In this document: in pieces, positions 36,482 to 46,949 of the stretch
How the letters are laid out: each line of letters opens with the position of its first letter
How positions within the stretch are numbered: position 1 is the first letter of the stretch
Assembly: GCA_016432285.1 (NCBI GenBank)
Contig: CP066682.1
Span: forward strand, 118,434 to 182,433
Length of the DNA stretch: 64,000 bases
Direction of reading: 5' to 3'
Origin: Candidatus Kaiserbacteria bacterium
GTDB taxonomy: Bacteria > Patescibacteriota > Minisyncoccia > Phycocordibacterales > UBA2100
Notes under the pieces: model-generated
The model's input: the letters and a program-made list of their open reading frames with translations, nothing else
What the model was told of the DNA's origin: nothing
Databases searched by the model: none
Position numbers and translations under genes: made by a program

Positions 36482-37222
36482 ATGCGGTACAAGATTTGCT
36501 GCATCCTCAAATTAACTGAAGATCCTACCAAGCATCTCGGCGGTCCCGACCGTGCCTGCGGAGCGGACGTGATCGTGAGGCTCTGGCAGGAGGGTCGGCA
36601 GAAGGCAAACGCGCCCTTTCTGCCCGGTGCCGTGACTGTCGGCGAGAAGTTTGGCGACCTCTATCCGACGATCGTTTTCGAAGGCGAGGTCGAGGGGCTT
36701 CCCCGCGAGGAAGTCGAGGAGTTACTCCGTGAGATTGCGGAGGGCTTCGAGAAATCGACGTACTTCATCATGGAGGGCGTCAACGCCTATCCGGGTGAGA
36801 AGCTCTCGATCACACTCGACGGTGATCATGTGCCGCGCGTCGTGGCGCAACCGACGCTCCAGCGCATGCGATTTGAAGTGCTGTGGGCCCTTCCGGGCAA
36901 CAAGGCGCGGTCTGCAAAGTACTACGCCGAGCTGGTCCGCAAGCACCTGAAGACATGGCGTGCGAAGCGCGGGGAGTTGCTCGATCTCGCGGTCGTCGGC
37001 CATGATGTGCGGTTCGCCGAAGGGACCGTGGAGTTCGGTATGGTCGCTTTGCACGGATACACGTATCCGTCGACCAAGGAAAAGGTCCGCGCTCTGCTCG
37101 AGGAGTTCAACGCGCTCACGGCAGGGGCCCGGATGACGGTTCCTCGTGACTCCGTCTTCATCAACGTTGGTGAGGACTCTCTAGAGAAAAGAAGGTACGC
37201 CCAGCTCGTTACTGCGGCTTGA
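36482..37222 (+). CDS. hypothetical protein
   Basis: 246-aa ORF; no recognisable motif. Confidence 0.4.
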   Translation: MRYKICCILKLTEDPTKHLGGPDRACGADVIVRLWQEGRQKANAPFLPGAVTVGEKFGDLYPTIVFEGEVEGLPREEVEELLREIAEGFEKSTYFIMEGVNAYPGEKLSITLDGDHVPRVVAQPTLQRMRFEVLWALPGNKARSAKYYAELVRKHLKTWRAKRGELLDLAVVGHDVRFAEGTVEFGMVALHGYTYPSTKEKVRALLEEFNALTAGARMTVPRDSVFINVGEDSLEKRRYAQLVTAA

Positions 37223-37293
37223 ACGCAGCCAGCGGGGCGCAACTGAAAACGGCGGGACTCAACCCGCCGTTTTGTTTTTCAATTAAGTCTTTT

Positions 37294-38571
37294 TTACTCC
37301 GTCTGCTTCTCTACATCTGGAGAGGCGATGTCACGATCCTGCGGAATATCTTCGGTGATCGTGTCTTCTTCGGCGGGAAGCTCTTTGCCGCTTTCTGTTT
37401 CTCCAGCGGGTACTTCCTTCGCCTCCTCTTTCTTCTTTAGCGCGCCGCCTTCTTCGGTGCCGGCGACCTGTTCGCCGCTCATGGAGCGGATGTCGATCTT
37501 CCAGCCGGTGAGGCGTGCGGCGAGGCGGACGTTTTGTCCGCCGCGGCCGATCGCGAGCGACTGCTGATCCTCGGCCACCTGCACGACCGCGCGTCCTTCT
37601 TCTTCAAAGAGTTCGATCCCTAAGACCTGCGCGGGCTTGAGCGCTTCTTTCACGTAATCTCCCGCAGTTTCGCTCCACTCCACAACATCGATTTTTTCGC
37701 CGCCGAGCTCCGAGGTGACCACCGCGACGCGAACGCCCCGCTGGCCGACAAGCGCGCCAACCGGGTCGACGTGCTCGTCGCTCGATTTCACCGCGATCTT
37801 GGCGCGCGATCCCGGTTCGCGGACGATGCCCTTCACTTCCACGACACCGCTCGCCATTTCCGGCACTTCGGCTTCAAAAAGCTTCGTGAGAAAACGCGGG
37901 TGCGAGCGCGAGAGGCGGATGAAGGTGCCCCGCACGCCTTCGTCGACTCGGAGCAGAAGCGCGCGCACGCGCTCGCCCTGGCGGTAGCGCTCGCCCGGGA
38001 TCTGTTCGTCGTAGGGGAGGATGGCGGTCGCGCGTCCGAGATCGATGTAGAGATTGCCGCGCTCGAAGCGCTGCACGTGGCCCGTCACGATCTCGCCTTC
38101 GCGTTCGCCATATTCGGAAATGATGGAGGCGCGCTCCGCTTCGCGCACCTTTTGCATGATCACTTGCTTCGCGGCCTGCGCGGCGATGCGGCCAAAATCT
38201 TCGCGCGTTTCGAGCGGGAAGGAGATCTCCTCGTCGAGCTGAGCGTCGCGCTTAATGCGTCGCGCGTCTTCTATCATGATGTGCTGCTCGGGATTGAAGC
38301 GGGAGCGCTGGTCGTCTTCGCCCTTCTGCTCCTCGTCTTCCTTCCGCACGAGCGTTTCGTCGACGACGATTTTCGCCTGTCGGAATTCCATTTCGCCCGT
38401 CTGCGGATTAAAGGTGGCGCGGATGATCTGCCCGCGCTTGCCGTATTCGCGGCGGTAGGCGGCGGCGAGCGCCGTCGCCAAAGCTTCGATCACGCTCTCG
38501 CGGCTGATGCCGCGCTCCTGCTGGAGCTCGTCGAGAGCGGAGTTGAGTGATTTGAGGTCAAAGAGAGCCAT
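37294..38571 (-). CDS. nusA: transcription termination/antitermination factor NusA
   Basis: NusA N-terminal domain, an S1 domain and two KH domains (LAIGRGGQNVRLAARLTGWKIDI). Confidence 0.85.
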   Translation of the reverse strand: MALFDLKSLNSALDELQQERGISRESVIEALATALAAAYRREYGKRGQIIRATFNPQTGEMEFRQAKIVVDETLVRKEDEEQKGEDDQRSRFNPEQHIMIEDARRIKRDAQLDEEISFPLETREDFGRIAAQAAKQVIMQKVREAERASIISEYGEREGEIVTGHVQRFERGNLYIDLGRATAILPYDEQIPGERYRQGERVRALLLRVDEGVRGTFIRLSRSHPRFLTKLFEAEVPEMASGVVEVKGIVREPGSRAKIAVKSSDEHVDPVGALVGQRGVRVAVVTSELGGEKIDVVEWSETAGDYVKEALKPAQVLGIELFEEEGRAVVQVAEDQQSLAIGRGGQNVRLAARLTGWKIDIRSMSGEQVAGTEEGGALKKKEEAKEVPAGETESGKELPAEEDTITEDIPQDRDIASPDVEKQTE

Positions 38572-38747
38572 ATGGATTATGTTGTGCCAACCTTACTTTC
38601 AATAAAAATTCCGGCACAAGCCGGAACGATGAAGGAAATGTACCCCCGTTCCTCGGGCCTGTCAACGAGGTATCGATCTCGCCTCGGGGCGGGGTAACGC
38701 AGCAAGCCGCCGCATCGTCTGCGCATGCGCGGTGCTATACTTTTTGC

Positions 38748-40487
38748 ATGTACATCAGCGATACGCACCTTCGCTCGTTTCTCGCCGATGCGGGACTCGT
38801 TTCACAAAAAGATTTCGATGCCGCGGAGACGGAAGCCAAGGAGAGCGGTAAATCCGTCGGCGACATTCTCACCGCGCACAACGCGATCGGCGAAGACGAG
38901 CTCCGGCGCACGTATGCGTACATTCTCGGTATTCCGTTTGTCTCGCTCTCAGGCACCGCCATCAAGTACGACACGCTCGCACTGATCCCGGAGCCGGTGG
39001 CGCGCCGCAACAACATCATCGCGTATGCGCACAAGGGCGACGAGCTCGAAGTTGCCATGCTCGACACCGACGACTTGGCCGCGATCGATTTCATCAAAAA
39101 GAAGACGCGCCTCAAAGTGATGCCGCGGCTCACCGACGTCGCTTCGATCAAGTTCGCCCTCAAGCAGTACCAGCAGGGATTGAAAGACAACCTCGGCGAC
39201 GTGATCGAGCGCGAGACGCGCGCGCTCGAAAAGCAAACCGGCGAGGGCGGGGAGAAGGAGCTGCGGGAAATGGCCGAAGGCACGTCCGCAGTGCGCATCG
39301 TCGACACCTTGCTGCGGCACGCCAACGCGCAGAACGCCTCCGACATCCACATCGAGCCGCTCGAAGATTCGCTCCTCATCCGCTACCGCATCGACGGTCT
39401 CCTCCACGACGCCATGGAGCTCCCAAAGCATGCGGCGGCCGCGATCACCGCGCGCGTCAAGGTGCTCGCCAACATGCGCCTCGACGAACACCGTCTGCCG
39501 CAAGACGGGCGCTTCGGGGTGGAGGCCGGCGCGGAGAAAATTTCATTCCGCGTGTCGGTGCTGCCCACCTACTACGGCGAAAAAATCGTGATGCGCCTTT
39601 TGCGCGACTCGATCTCCGGCTTCACGCTGGAGTCGATCGGCTTTCATGGCACCGCGCTGGAGCACATGCACGAAGCGATGAAAGCAACGACCGGCATGAT
39701 CTTGGCGTGCGGCCCCACGGGCGCAGGCAAATCCACCACGCTCTACACGCTTCTCGACATCGTCAACACGCCCGACGTCAACATCTCGACGATCGAGGAT
39801 CCGATCGAGTATCAGATGAAACGCATCAATCAAACGCAGGTGCGGCCCGAGATCGGCTTTACCTTCGCCAACGGCCTGCGCACGCTCGTGCGCCAGGATC
39901 CGGACATCATCATGGTGGGCGAGATCCGCGACAAAGAGACCGCGTCGCTCGCGATCAATGCGGCGCTCACCGGCCACCTCGTGCTCTCGACGCTGCACAC
40001 CAACTCCGCTGCGGGCGCGATTCCGCGCCTCCTTGATATGGGCGTCGAGCCTTTCCTCCTTGTTTCCACGTTGCGGATCTGCATCGGGCAGCGGCTCGTG
40101 AGAAAGCTCACCGCATCGCGCGAAAAGTACGAGCTCTCGCGCGACGAGCAGGCGCAGCTCGAAAAAAACATCGACCCGGCGGTCATCTTGAAAGTGCTGA
40201 AGGAAGAAAAATCTGTTCCGAAGGACGCCACGTGGAAAAACGTGCCGTTTTATAAACCAAAACCCTCGACCGACGCACCCTCGGGCTACGCCGGACGCAT
40301 CGGCATCTATGAAACGCTCGCGGTAAGCCCGGCGATCAAGGAGCTCGTTATGAAAAGCGCCACCGACGACGCGCTCTACAAGCAGGCTCGCAGCGAAGGC
40401 ATGCTCACCATGGCCGAAGATGGCATCGTCAAAGCTGCACAGGGAATAACGACAATCGAAGAAGTGCTTCGCGTGGTTACGGAATAG
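38748..40487 (+). CDS. pilB: type IV pilus assembly ATPase PilB (GspE family)
   Basis: N-terminal T2SE_N domain, Walker A (GPTGAGKSTTLYTLL) and Walker B/Asp box (DPDIIMVGEIRD). Confidence 0.9.
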   Translation: MYISDTHLRSFLADAGLVSQKDFDAAETEAKESGKSVGDILTAHNAIGEDELRRTYAYILGIPFVSLSGTAIKYDTLALIPEPVARRNNIIAYAHKGDELEVAMLDTDDLAAIDFIKKKTRLKVMPRLTDVASIKFALKQYQQGLKDNLGDVIERETRALEKQTGEGGEKELREMAEGTSAVRIVDTLLRHANAQNASDIHIEPLEDSLLIRYRIDGLLHDAMELPKHAAAAITARVKVLANMRLDEHRLPQDGRFGVEAGAEKISFRVSVLPTYYGEKIVMRLLRDSISGFTLESIGFHGTALEHMHEAMKATTGMILACGPTGAGKSTTLYTLLDIVNTPDVNISTIEDPIEYQMKRINQTQVRPEIGFTFANGLRTLVRQDPDIIMVGEIRDKETASLAINAALTGHLVLSTLHTNSAAGAIPRLLDMGVEPFLLVSTLRICIGQRLVRKLTASREKYELSRDEQAQLEKNIDPAVILKVLKEEKSVPKDATWKNVPFYKPKPSTDAPSGYAGRIGIYETLAVSPAIKELVMKSATDDALYKQARSEGMLTMAEDGIVKAAQGITTIEEVLRVVTE

Positions 40488-40526
40488 CGAACGTGAACGC
40501 GTTGTTTCGATGGTACTCTTTTTGGC

Positions 40527-42128
40527 ATGAGAGAGGACCAGCGGCCTGACAAAGTCCGTCAAACACGTACCGAACATATTCGAGATCAGCGAAGCAGGTT
40601 GCAGGATCTGGCCGAAGCGGCCAAGCAACTTGGCGATTTCGAGCACGATGCCGCCGCAAAGCGGAGCAGCAATGAACCCGAGAGCCCAGAGTTTGCCGTA
40701 CTCCGGCAGAAAGTCGCGAAGCGGCTTGACATGCAAATGCCATTCCTGCGAACCTCCCTTGCCGACGAACGTTTGACCCCTCAAGCGCTCGGTGTTTTTC
40801 ATCGCCTCTTTGCGACCCGGGAGTTTGAAAAAAAGGCCGCTGATAGCATCGCGGAATGCGCGGACCATTTGGCAAAAAGTATAAAAGGCTACACCCCTTA
40901 TATGGGGCACGTCATTCAATTGTTTGGCGAGGCATTCGCAGTCCTGGAACGCGAAGCGAATATGACGGACCCACTGACCCCTGGTGGAGAGAAAATCCGA
41001 GCAGCGCTCGATAGTGCGGGACCGGAGCTCGAGATATTTTTTAGCAAAGCCAATGTACCTGCGGGCGACGTGATCAAAGATCGATTGAAAGTACTCGGTC
41101 TACTCTTACAGATAGGTGATCCAACAAAAACCGAGTGGGCGATTGAAGCCGCCGCTGAGCATATTGCATTGGTTTTACGCAACAACGAGTATGTCCCACA
41201 CTTTTCGACGACCGCGTTACTCGACGTTCTGGGGAAACAATCAATTTCGCACATGCTCGAGAGGCCTGTACCCATGAGTGCAGTGACGAGGTATGACGTT
41301 GAGGCCATGCTTCAAGACCTCCGCTACGAGCAAGCGAGAAAGGTTATGGCGTCCACCATGGCACAGTTCGGGCTACCGGCAGATGAGTACACGCACGAGA
41401 GCTTCGGGTACCATATTCTTGATCAGTTCGAGCTTATTCAGAAACTCGAGTCCGAACGTCCAGGGGCCGTTGCGGAGTTACATGAGCGCTTCGGAATTCG
41501 TTGGTTTACGCGCTACGGTGCGGAAGTACTCAAGGCTCAGTACGATCAACGTGATAAGGTCGACCAGAAGTACGGGGTTTTCCTCGCGGCAGCATACGAT
41601 CACAATGCTGGAACGTTTCAGAAAAATGATCAGACAGTCGTGTCGAGTGTTGCGTGGCAACTCAAACAACTCGGATATGCGCTACGCATCATCGAATGCG
41701 ACAGTAAGCAGGAGGTCGAATACTACTTCGGGGAATTCAAGAAAAAATACGGACCATCAAGAAAGGCGTCGTTCCTATTCATTCGCGCACATTCATGGCG
41801 TCAGCATTTGGAATTCGGACCTGATGAAAATGGTGGTGACATCGATGTGGACGATATTATGGGAGGACTCGGCGCCGGGCCTGAATTGTTCGTAGAGGAG
41901 CCTACTTTTATTCTTGACGGGTGCTCGTTGGGTCGCCGCGGGGGGATCGGAGAGAAAGCATCGGAAAGATTTTCAGCGCTCGTGTTTGCCCCAAAAAGCA
42001 CTGCCAGTGCTCTCACCAAAGTCGATATCACCGAATCAAACGGAAGACTTGCGTTTAGCGCTGAGTACGAAGATCATCAAGATAAAAAAGTTTCGCCGCG
42101 TGTGTACATTAGAGGTCGGAAACGATAA
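40527..42128 (+). CDS. hypothetical protein, lower-GC orphan between pilB and pilC
   Basis: 533 aa, soluble, no recognisable motif. About 52% GC against about 64% for the flanking pil genes. Confidence 0.5.
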   Translation: MREDQRPDKVRQTRTEHIRDQRSRLQDLAEAAKQLGDFEHDAAAKRSSNEPESPEFAVLRQKVAKRLDMQMPFLRTSLADERLTPQALGVFHRLFATREFEKKAADSIAECADHLAKSIKGYTPYMGHVIQLFGEAFAVLEREANMTDPLTPGGEKIRAALDSAGPELEIFFSKANVPAGDVIKDRLKVLGLLLQIGDPTKTEWAIEAAAEHIALVLRNNEYVPHFSTTALLDVLGKQSISHMLERPVPMSAVTRYDVEAMLQDLRYEQARKVMASTMAQFGLPADEYTHESFGYHILDQFELIQKLESERPGAVAELHERFGIRWFTRYGAEVLKAQYDQRDKVDQKYGVFLAAAYDHNAGTFQKNDQTVVSSVAWQLKQLGYALRIIECDSKQEVEYYFGEFKKKYGPSRKASFLFIRAHSWRQHLEFGPDENGGDIDVDDIMGGLGAGPELFVEEPTFILDGCSLGRRGGIGEKASERFSALVFAPKSTASALTKVDITESNGRLAFSAEYEDHQDKKVSPRVYIRGRKR

Positions 42129-42199
42129 GTCGGCCCGAACTCCACATTTTCTCGAAAAGAAGCCGCTCGGGCGCCGCTTTCTCATCTATAATTGAGTGA

Positions 42200-43420
42200 A
42201 TGGCGCGCTTCAACTACACGGCCGAAAAGCCGGACGGAGAGATCTACACCGGCGTCGCCGATGCCAAGGATCGCTTTGAGCTCTACTCGATCGTCCGCAA
42301 AGAGGGCGGCCACATCGTCTCGATCGCGGAAGAATCCGGCAATAAGTGGCTGAGCCTCTCGTACCTCAACTCAAAGTTCGGGAGCGTGAAGGAGTACGAC
42401 AAGATTCTCCTGGCCCGCAACCTCGGTGCCATGCTCTCGGCCGGCCTCGCGCTCGCGCGGGCGCTCGCGGTCTTGGAGCGGCAGACGAAAAATCCGAAGC
42501 TGCGGAACGTGATCGGCGAGGTCGCGAGCAGTGTGAGGCGCGGCGACACGCTCCACGACGCGCTTTCAAAATTCCCCAACGTCTTCAGCAATCTTTTCGT
42601 GGCCATGGTGCGCGCGGGTGAAGAGGGCGGCACACTCCCCGACGCGCTTTCGGTCGTCTCCGAGCAGATGGAGCGCATGTACCAACTCAAAAAGAAGATC
42701 AAAAGCGCGATGATCTATCCGTGCATCATCATCATCGCGATCATCGGCATCGGCGTCCTCATGATGATCAAGGTGGTGCCCACGCTCGCGCAGACCTTTC
42801 GCGAGGTCAACGCCGAACTTCCCCCGTCGACGCAGTTCGTGATCGGCGTGAGCGACTTTTTGGTGCAGTACACGGTGGTCGCAATCGGACTCGCGGGCGG
42901 CGCGCTCGCGCTCTTCTATTTTGCGCTGCGTACGCCGATCGGTCGGCGCACGCTCGATTTCGTGATCCTGCACCTGCCGCTCATCAGTCCCATGGTGCGC
43001 GAGGTGAATGCGGCGCGCACCTCGCGTACGCTCGCCTCGCTCCTCTCCTCTGGGGTCGACGTGATCGCCTCGCTCGAGATCACGGGGCAGGTGGTCCAGA
43101 ACCATTACTTCAAAGGAGTGATCGACGACGCGAAGCGTGGTGTCGGGCAGGGCGAGCCGCTCTCCGCTGCGTTTGTGCGCCGCGAAGATCTCTATCCGCC
43201 GTTTGTGGGCGAGATGATGTCGGTCGGCGAAGAGACAGGAGCGCTCTCGGAGATGCTGAAGCGACTCGCGGTTTTCTACGAAGACGAAGTCGACCGCAAG
43301 ACGAAAGACATGTCGACGATCGTCGAGCCCTTCCTCATGGTCATCATCGGGCTCGCCGTCGGATTTTTCGCGGTTTCGATGATTACCCCAATCTACTCCT
43401 TGTCGCAATCGATCGGATAG
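42200..43420 (+). CDS. pilC: type IV pilus platform protein PilC (GspF family)
   Basis: Two T2SSF repeats and three TM segments. Confidence 0.9.
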   Translation: MARFNYTAEKPDGEIYTGVADAKDRFELYSIVRKEGGHIVSIAEESGNKWLSLSYLNSKFGSVKEYDKILLARNLGAMLSAGLALARALAVLERQTKNPKLRNVIGEVASSVRRGDTLHDALSKFPNVFSNLFVAMVRAGEEGGTLPDALSVVSEQMERMYQLKKKIKSAMIYPCIIIIAIIGIGVLMMIKVVPTLAQTFREVNAELPPSTQFVIGVSDFLVQYTVVAIGLAGGALALFYFALRTPIGRRTLDFVILHLPLISPMVREVNAARTSRTLASLLSSGVDVIASLEITGQVVQNHYFKGVIDDAKRGVGQGEPLSAAFVRREDLYPPFVGEMMSVGEETGALSEMLKRLAVFYEDEVDRKTKDMSTIVEPFLMVIIGLAVGFFAVSMITPIYSLSQSIG

Positions 43421-43433
43421 GATTTTTGCGTGT

Positions 43434-44780
43434 ATGCGGTTCTTTCATGGAGCGATACATCGGCAACGTGGGATGACGCTCATCGATACGATGGTCGGCA
43501 GCGCGCTCCTTCTCATCGTGTTTGTCGGTGTCGCCGGCGTCTTTCAGCTTTCGGTCGACGTGGTAACCAACAACAAATCGCGCGCCGGTGCGATCGCGCT
43601 CGCCGCCGAGCGCATGGAATACGTGCGAAGTCTCTCATACTCCTCGATCGGCACCTCGGGCGGCATTCCCTCGGGCGCGCTCGCGCAGTCGGAGACGATC
43701 ACGCTCAACAACACCGACTATACGAGACGCACGACGATTCTCTACGGAGACGATCCGTACGACGGACTTGCCGGTGCCGACACCTACCCGTCAGAAAGCC
43801 CCACGCCGCTCGACTACAAGAGCGTGCGCGTCGACGTCTCGTGGACCTCGCGGATCGGTGAGCGGCATATCACGCTCGTTACGCGCATCGAGCCGCGCAA
43901 CGGCACCGAAGTTTCATGCACCGCGCCGTGCGGCGCGATCTCTGTCTACGTGGTCAACGCGGCTTCGCAGCCCGTGCAGAACGCGCGCGTGGACATCATC
44001 AACAGCACCGTGAACCCCACGGTGAGCCTCACGACCTACACCAACACCGATGGCGTCGCGTCGCTGCTCGGCGCGCCCGTCGGGTCCGGCTACTCGATCG
44101 TCATCACGAAAACGGGCTACTCGTCGGATCAAACATGGGGATCGAGCGGGCAGAACCCGTCGCCTTCTCCACCGCACGTCTCGGTGGCCAACAACCAGAC
44201 GACCTCCATGACATTTGCGATCGACTACCTCGCGTCGAAGACGGTCGTTACGAGATCGCAGGCGACCGGCGGCGGACTCGCGGCCGTTCCGTTCACGCTC
44301 CGGGGCAACAAGTACATCGGCTCCAATCCTACGGTCTACAAGTTCGAGGAGGTTCTCGGAAACGGTGGCACCGGCACGACCACGCTCGCGAACATGGAGT
44401 GGGATACGTACGCGATCTCGATCGACCCCTCCACCGGATACGACATCGCTTCATCGTGCGACGCACCGCAGCCGCAGTACCTCGCGCCTGCGTCGAGCCA
44501 AACGACGGTGCTCTACCTTGCGGCTCACACGAGCGATTCGCTGCTTGTCGACGTACGTACGAATACTGGGGTGCTCGTGCCGGGCGCCACGGTACGGCTC
44601 GAAAAAAATCCCAGTATCGACACGACGCTCACAAGCGACCTCTGCGGACAGGCATTTTTTTCGTCGCTTTCAAACGGCGGAAACTACTCGCTCACCATCA
44701 GCGCTGCGGGCTACACACAAAAGACGTTCACGAACGTCAACGTCAACGGCACGAGCGTTTTCTCCGCCCCCTTTGATTGA
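43434..44780 (+). CDS. large type IV (pseudo)pilin-like protein
   Basis: Class III leader MRFFHGAIHRQRG followed by MTLIDTMVGSALLLIVFVGVAG (prepilin cleavage/methylation motif with D at +5). 448 aa. Confidence 0.7.
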   Translation: MRFFHGAIHRQRGMTLIDTMVGSALLLIVFVGVAGVFQLSVDVVTNNKSRAGAIALAAERMEYVRSLSYSSIGTSGGIPSGALAQSETITLNNTDYTRRTTILYGDDPYDGLAGADTYPSESPTPLDYKSVRVDVSWTSRIGERHITLVTRIEPRNGTEVSCTAPCGAISVYVVNAASQPVQNARVDIINSTVNPTVSLTTYTNTDGVASLLGAPVGSGYSIVITKTGYSSDQTWGSSGQNPSPSPPHVSVANNQTTSMTFAIDYLASKTVVTRSQATGGGLAAVPFTLRGNKYIGSNPTVYKFEEVLGNGGTGTTTLANMEWDTYAISIDPSTGYDIASSCDAPQPQYLAPASSQTTVLYLAAHTSDSLLVDVRTNTGVLVPGATVRLEKNPSIDTTLTSDLCGQAFFSSLSNGGNYSLTISAAGYTQKTFTNVNVNGTSVFSAPFD

Positions 44781-44781
44781 T

Positions 44782-45381
44782 ATGCAGAAAGAACGAGGAG
44801 TCACCATGCTTGAAACGGTCGTGTGGATCGGCGTCTTCATTGCTGTCCTAACGGCGATTCTCTCCTCGATCATTTACTTCTACCGCACAAGCGGATATGC
44901 GATCGAGCAGGCATCCGCCACCGCATCGGCGCAGCGCGGCATCGATACCATGGTACGAATCGTGCGCGAAGCCTCGTATGGAAGCGACGGCTCTTATCCG
45001 ATCGTCTCCATGTCCACGTCGTCCATCGTTTTCTATGCCGACGTCGATACCGATCCGGCGATCGAGAAAGTGCGCTTCTACGTGGCCACCACGAGCTTCA
45101 ATTTTCAGACGCTCAATCAGGGCATCGTGAACCCTGTGGGCGATCCGCCTGCCTACACGGGCGCGGAGGCCACCTCGACGCTTTCGGAATATGTGCACAA
45201 CATCGATCAGGGAATCAGCGCCTTTACCTACTACGACAAAAACGGCGCTGAGATCACCGACCTCACGAAGGTCGCCGATCTCCGCTTCCTCACGCTCACG
45301 GTCGTCGTCGACGTCAACCCGATCAAATCTCCTACGCTCCTCACCTTCCGCTCGTCGGCGGCGCTCCGCAACATCAGATGA
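44782..45381 (+). CDS. type IV pilin-like protein
   Basis: MQKERG|VTMLETVVWIGVFIAVL is a prepilin leader with E at +5. Confidence 0.65.
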   Translation: MQKERGVTMLETVVWIGVFIAVLTAILSSIIYFYRTSGYAIEQASATASAQRGIDTMVRIVREASYGSDGSYPIVSMSTSSIVFYADVDTDPAIEKVRFYVATTSFNFQTLNQGIVNPVGDPPAYTGAEATSTLSEYVHNIDQGISAFTYYDKNGAEITDLTKVADLRFLTLTVVVDVNPIKSPTLLTFRSSAALRNIR

Positions 45382-45382
45382 T

Positions 45383-46855
45383 ATGAGACCGATCATGCAA
45401 AAATCTTCGCGCGGCGTTACGACGCTCATCGTCGTCGCGTTCATGGGCATCTTCCTCATCGTTATGGGCACGATCACGAGCTACGTCTTCGAGCAGGCCA
45501 AGTACGGCCGCGCGCTCCACGCGCGCGAGCAGGCAATCGCGATCGCCGAGTCAGGTCTCGAATACTACAAATGGTTCCTCGCGCACAATCCCGCTATCTT
45601 GGTGAGTGGTAGCGGACTCATCTCGCCCTACACGCACTCGGTGAGCGACCCCGAAGGGGGAGCGGTCGGAAGCGCCGAGATTACGGCGACGTCGGCGCTT
45701 CAGTGCAATCGCGTGCAGTGGATCGATCTCGAATCGAAGGGCACCGCCGCTATCGACACGCGCTTCCCGCGGACGATTCTCGCCCGCTACATGCGCCCGT
45801 CCGTCGCCGAATACGCCTTCCTCCTCAATTCCAACGTGTGGTTTACGTCGAGCAATTTAAGCAACGGCCCCTACTTCTCCAACGGCGGTATCCGGCAGGA
45901 TGGTCTCAACAACTCCACAGTCTCGAGCGCTGTTTCCACGTGGAACTGCACCACGAGCTACAACTGCAACCCGGCGCAGCCGAGCGCTCCCGGCGTTGTC
46001 GGATCGGGTCCGGGCTTCGCGCTCTGGCAGTATCCTGTGGCGTCGATCGATTTTGCAGGTGTCGCATCCAACTTCGGCACGCTCCAAACCCTCGCGAATA
46101 CGAGCGGCATCTATCTTTCTGGCACCGCAACGTACGTGGCGGGCGCGCAGCAGGGATCGAGCTACTCCTCGGTCGCCGCGAGCGATCAGCGCGGCTATCA
46201 CCTCGTCTTCAATTCCAATGGCACCGTCACGATCTACCGCGTGACGGCGACGAACGGGTCGACGCAGGGGTACCGCACCGAGACCGGGCAGTGGCACCTC
46301 GAGTACGATGTGATCACCGGTGAGACGCTCCTCGGCACCTTCACGCCGCCCTCCGGATGTTCGGTGATTTATGTGAATGCGAAAGCGTGGATCGAAGGGA
46401 CAGTCTCGGGGAAGGTGACGGTCGTCGCGGCCGACACCGGCAACTACGCACCAGACGTGCTGCCGGTAAATAACATCGGCTACACGACGACCGACGGATC
46501 GACCGGGCTCACGGTGATCGCGGAGCATTCGATCCGCTTTCCGATCAACGTCCCAAACACGATGACGCTCCGCGGCATCTTCGTGGCGCAGTCAGGCTAC
46601 TACGGCCGCGACTACTACTACGCGGGATACACCGGCGGCTACGATTCGTACATTTTGCGCAGCTCTCTCACGGTCGCAGGATCGATCGCTTCCAACGTGC
46701 GCGCGGGTACCGTGTGGTTCGACAGCTACGGCAACGTGACCAACGGCTTTCAAACGCGCACCAACACGTACGACCAGATACTGGCCTTCAGCCCGCCGCC
46801 GTTTACGCCTTCGACCTCCGTCGACTACGGCCTCGTGCTCTGGCGCGAGCAATGA
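45383..46855 (+). CDS. type IV minor pilin-like protein (PilX-like, no Glu5)
   Basis: MRPIMQKSSRG|VTTLIVVAFMGIFLIV is a prepilin-type N-terminus. 490 aa. Confidence 0.6.
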   Translation: MRPIMQKSSRGVTTLIVVAFMGIFLIVMGTITSYVFEQAKYGRALHAREQAIAIAESGLEYYKWFLAHNPAILVSGSGLISPYTHSVSDPEGGAVGSAEITATSALQCNRVQWIDLESKGTAAIDTRFPRTILARYMRPSVAEYAFLLNSNVWFTSSNLSNGPYFSNGGIRQDGLNNSTVSSAVSTWNCTTSYNCNPAQPSAPGVVGSGPGFALWQYPVASIDFAGVASNFGTLQTLANTSGIYLSGTATYVAGAQQGSSYSSVAASDQRGYHLVFNSNGTVTIYRVTATNGSTQGYRTETGQWHLEYDVITGETLLGTFTPPSGCSVIYVNAKAWIEGTVSGKVTVVAADTGNYAPDVLPVNNIGYTTTDGSTGLTVIAEHSIRFPINVPNTMTLRGIFVAQSGYYGRDYYYAGYTGGYDSYILRSSLTVAGSIASNVRAGTVWFDSYGNVTNGFQTRTNTYDQILAFSPPPFTPSTSVDYGLVLWREQ

Positions 46856-46949
46856 TACTTGCTTTTTTGTATTTTCCTGACATAATTTCGCCGGTTTAGA
46901 GAGATGAAATCGCCGCAATCCGCGGCGATCAAGTTGAAGAGGTTCTGAA

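Noticed and set aside
38949-40919. 184-aa, 458-aa and other minus-strand ORFs over pilB and the following gene
   Set aside because: Antisense to pilB, which has clear GspE-family motifs; high-GC artefacts.
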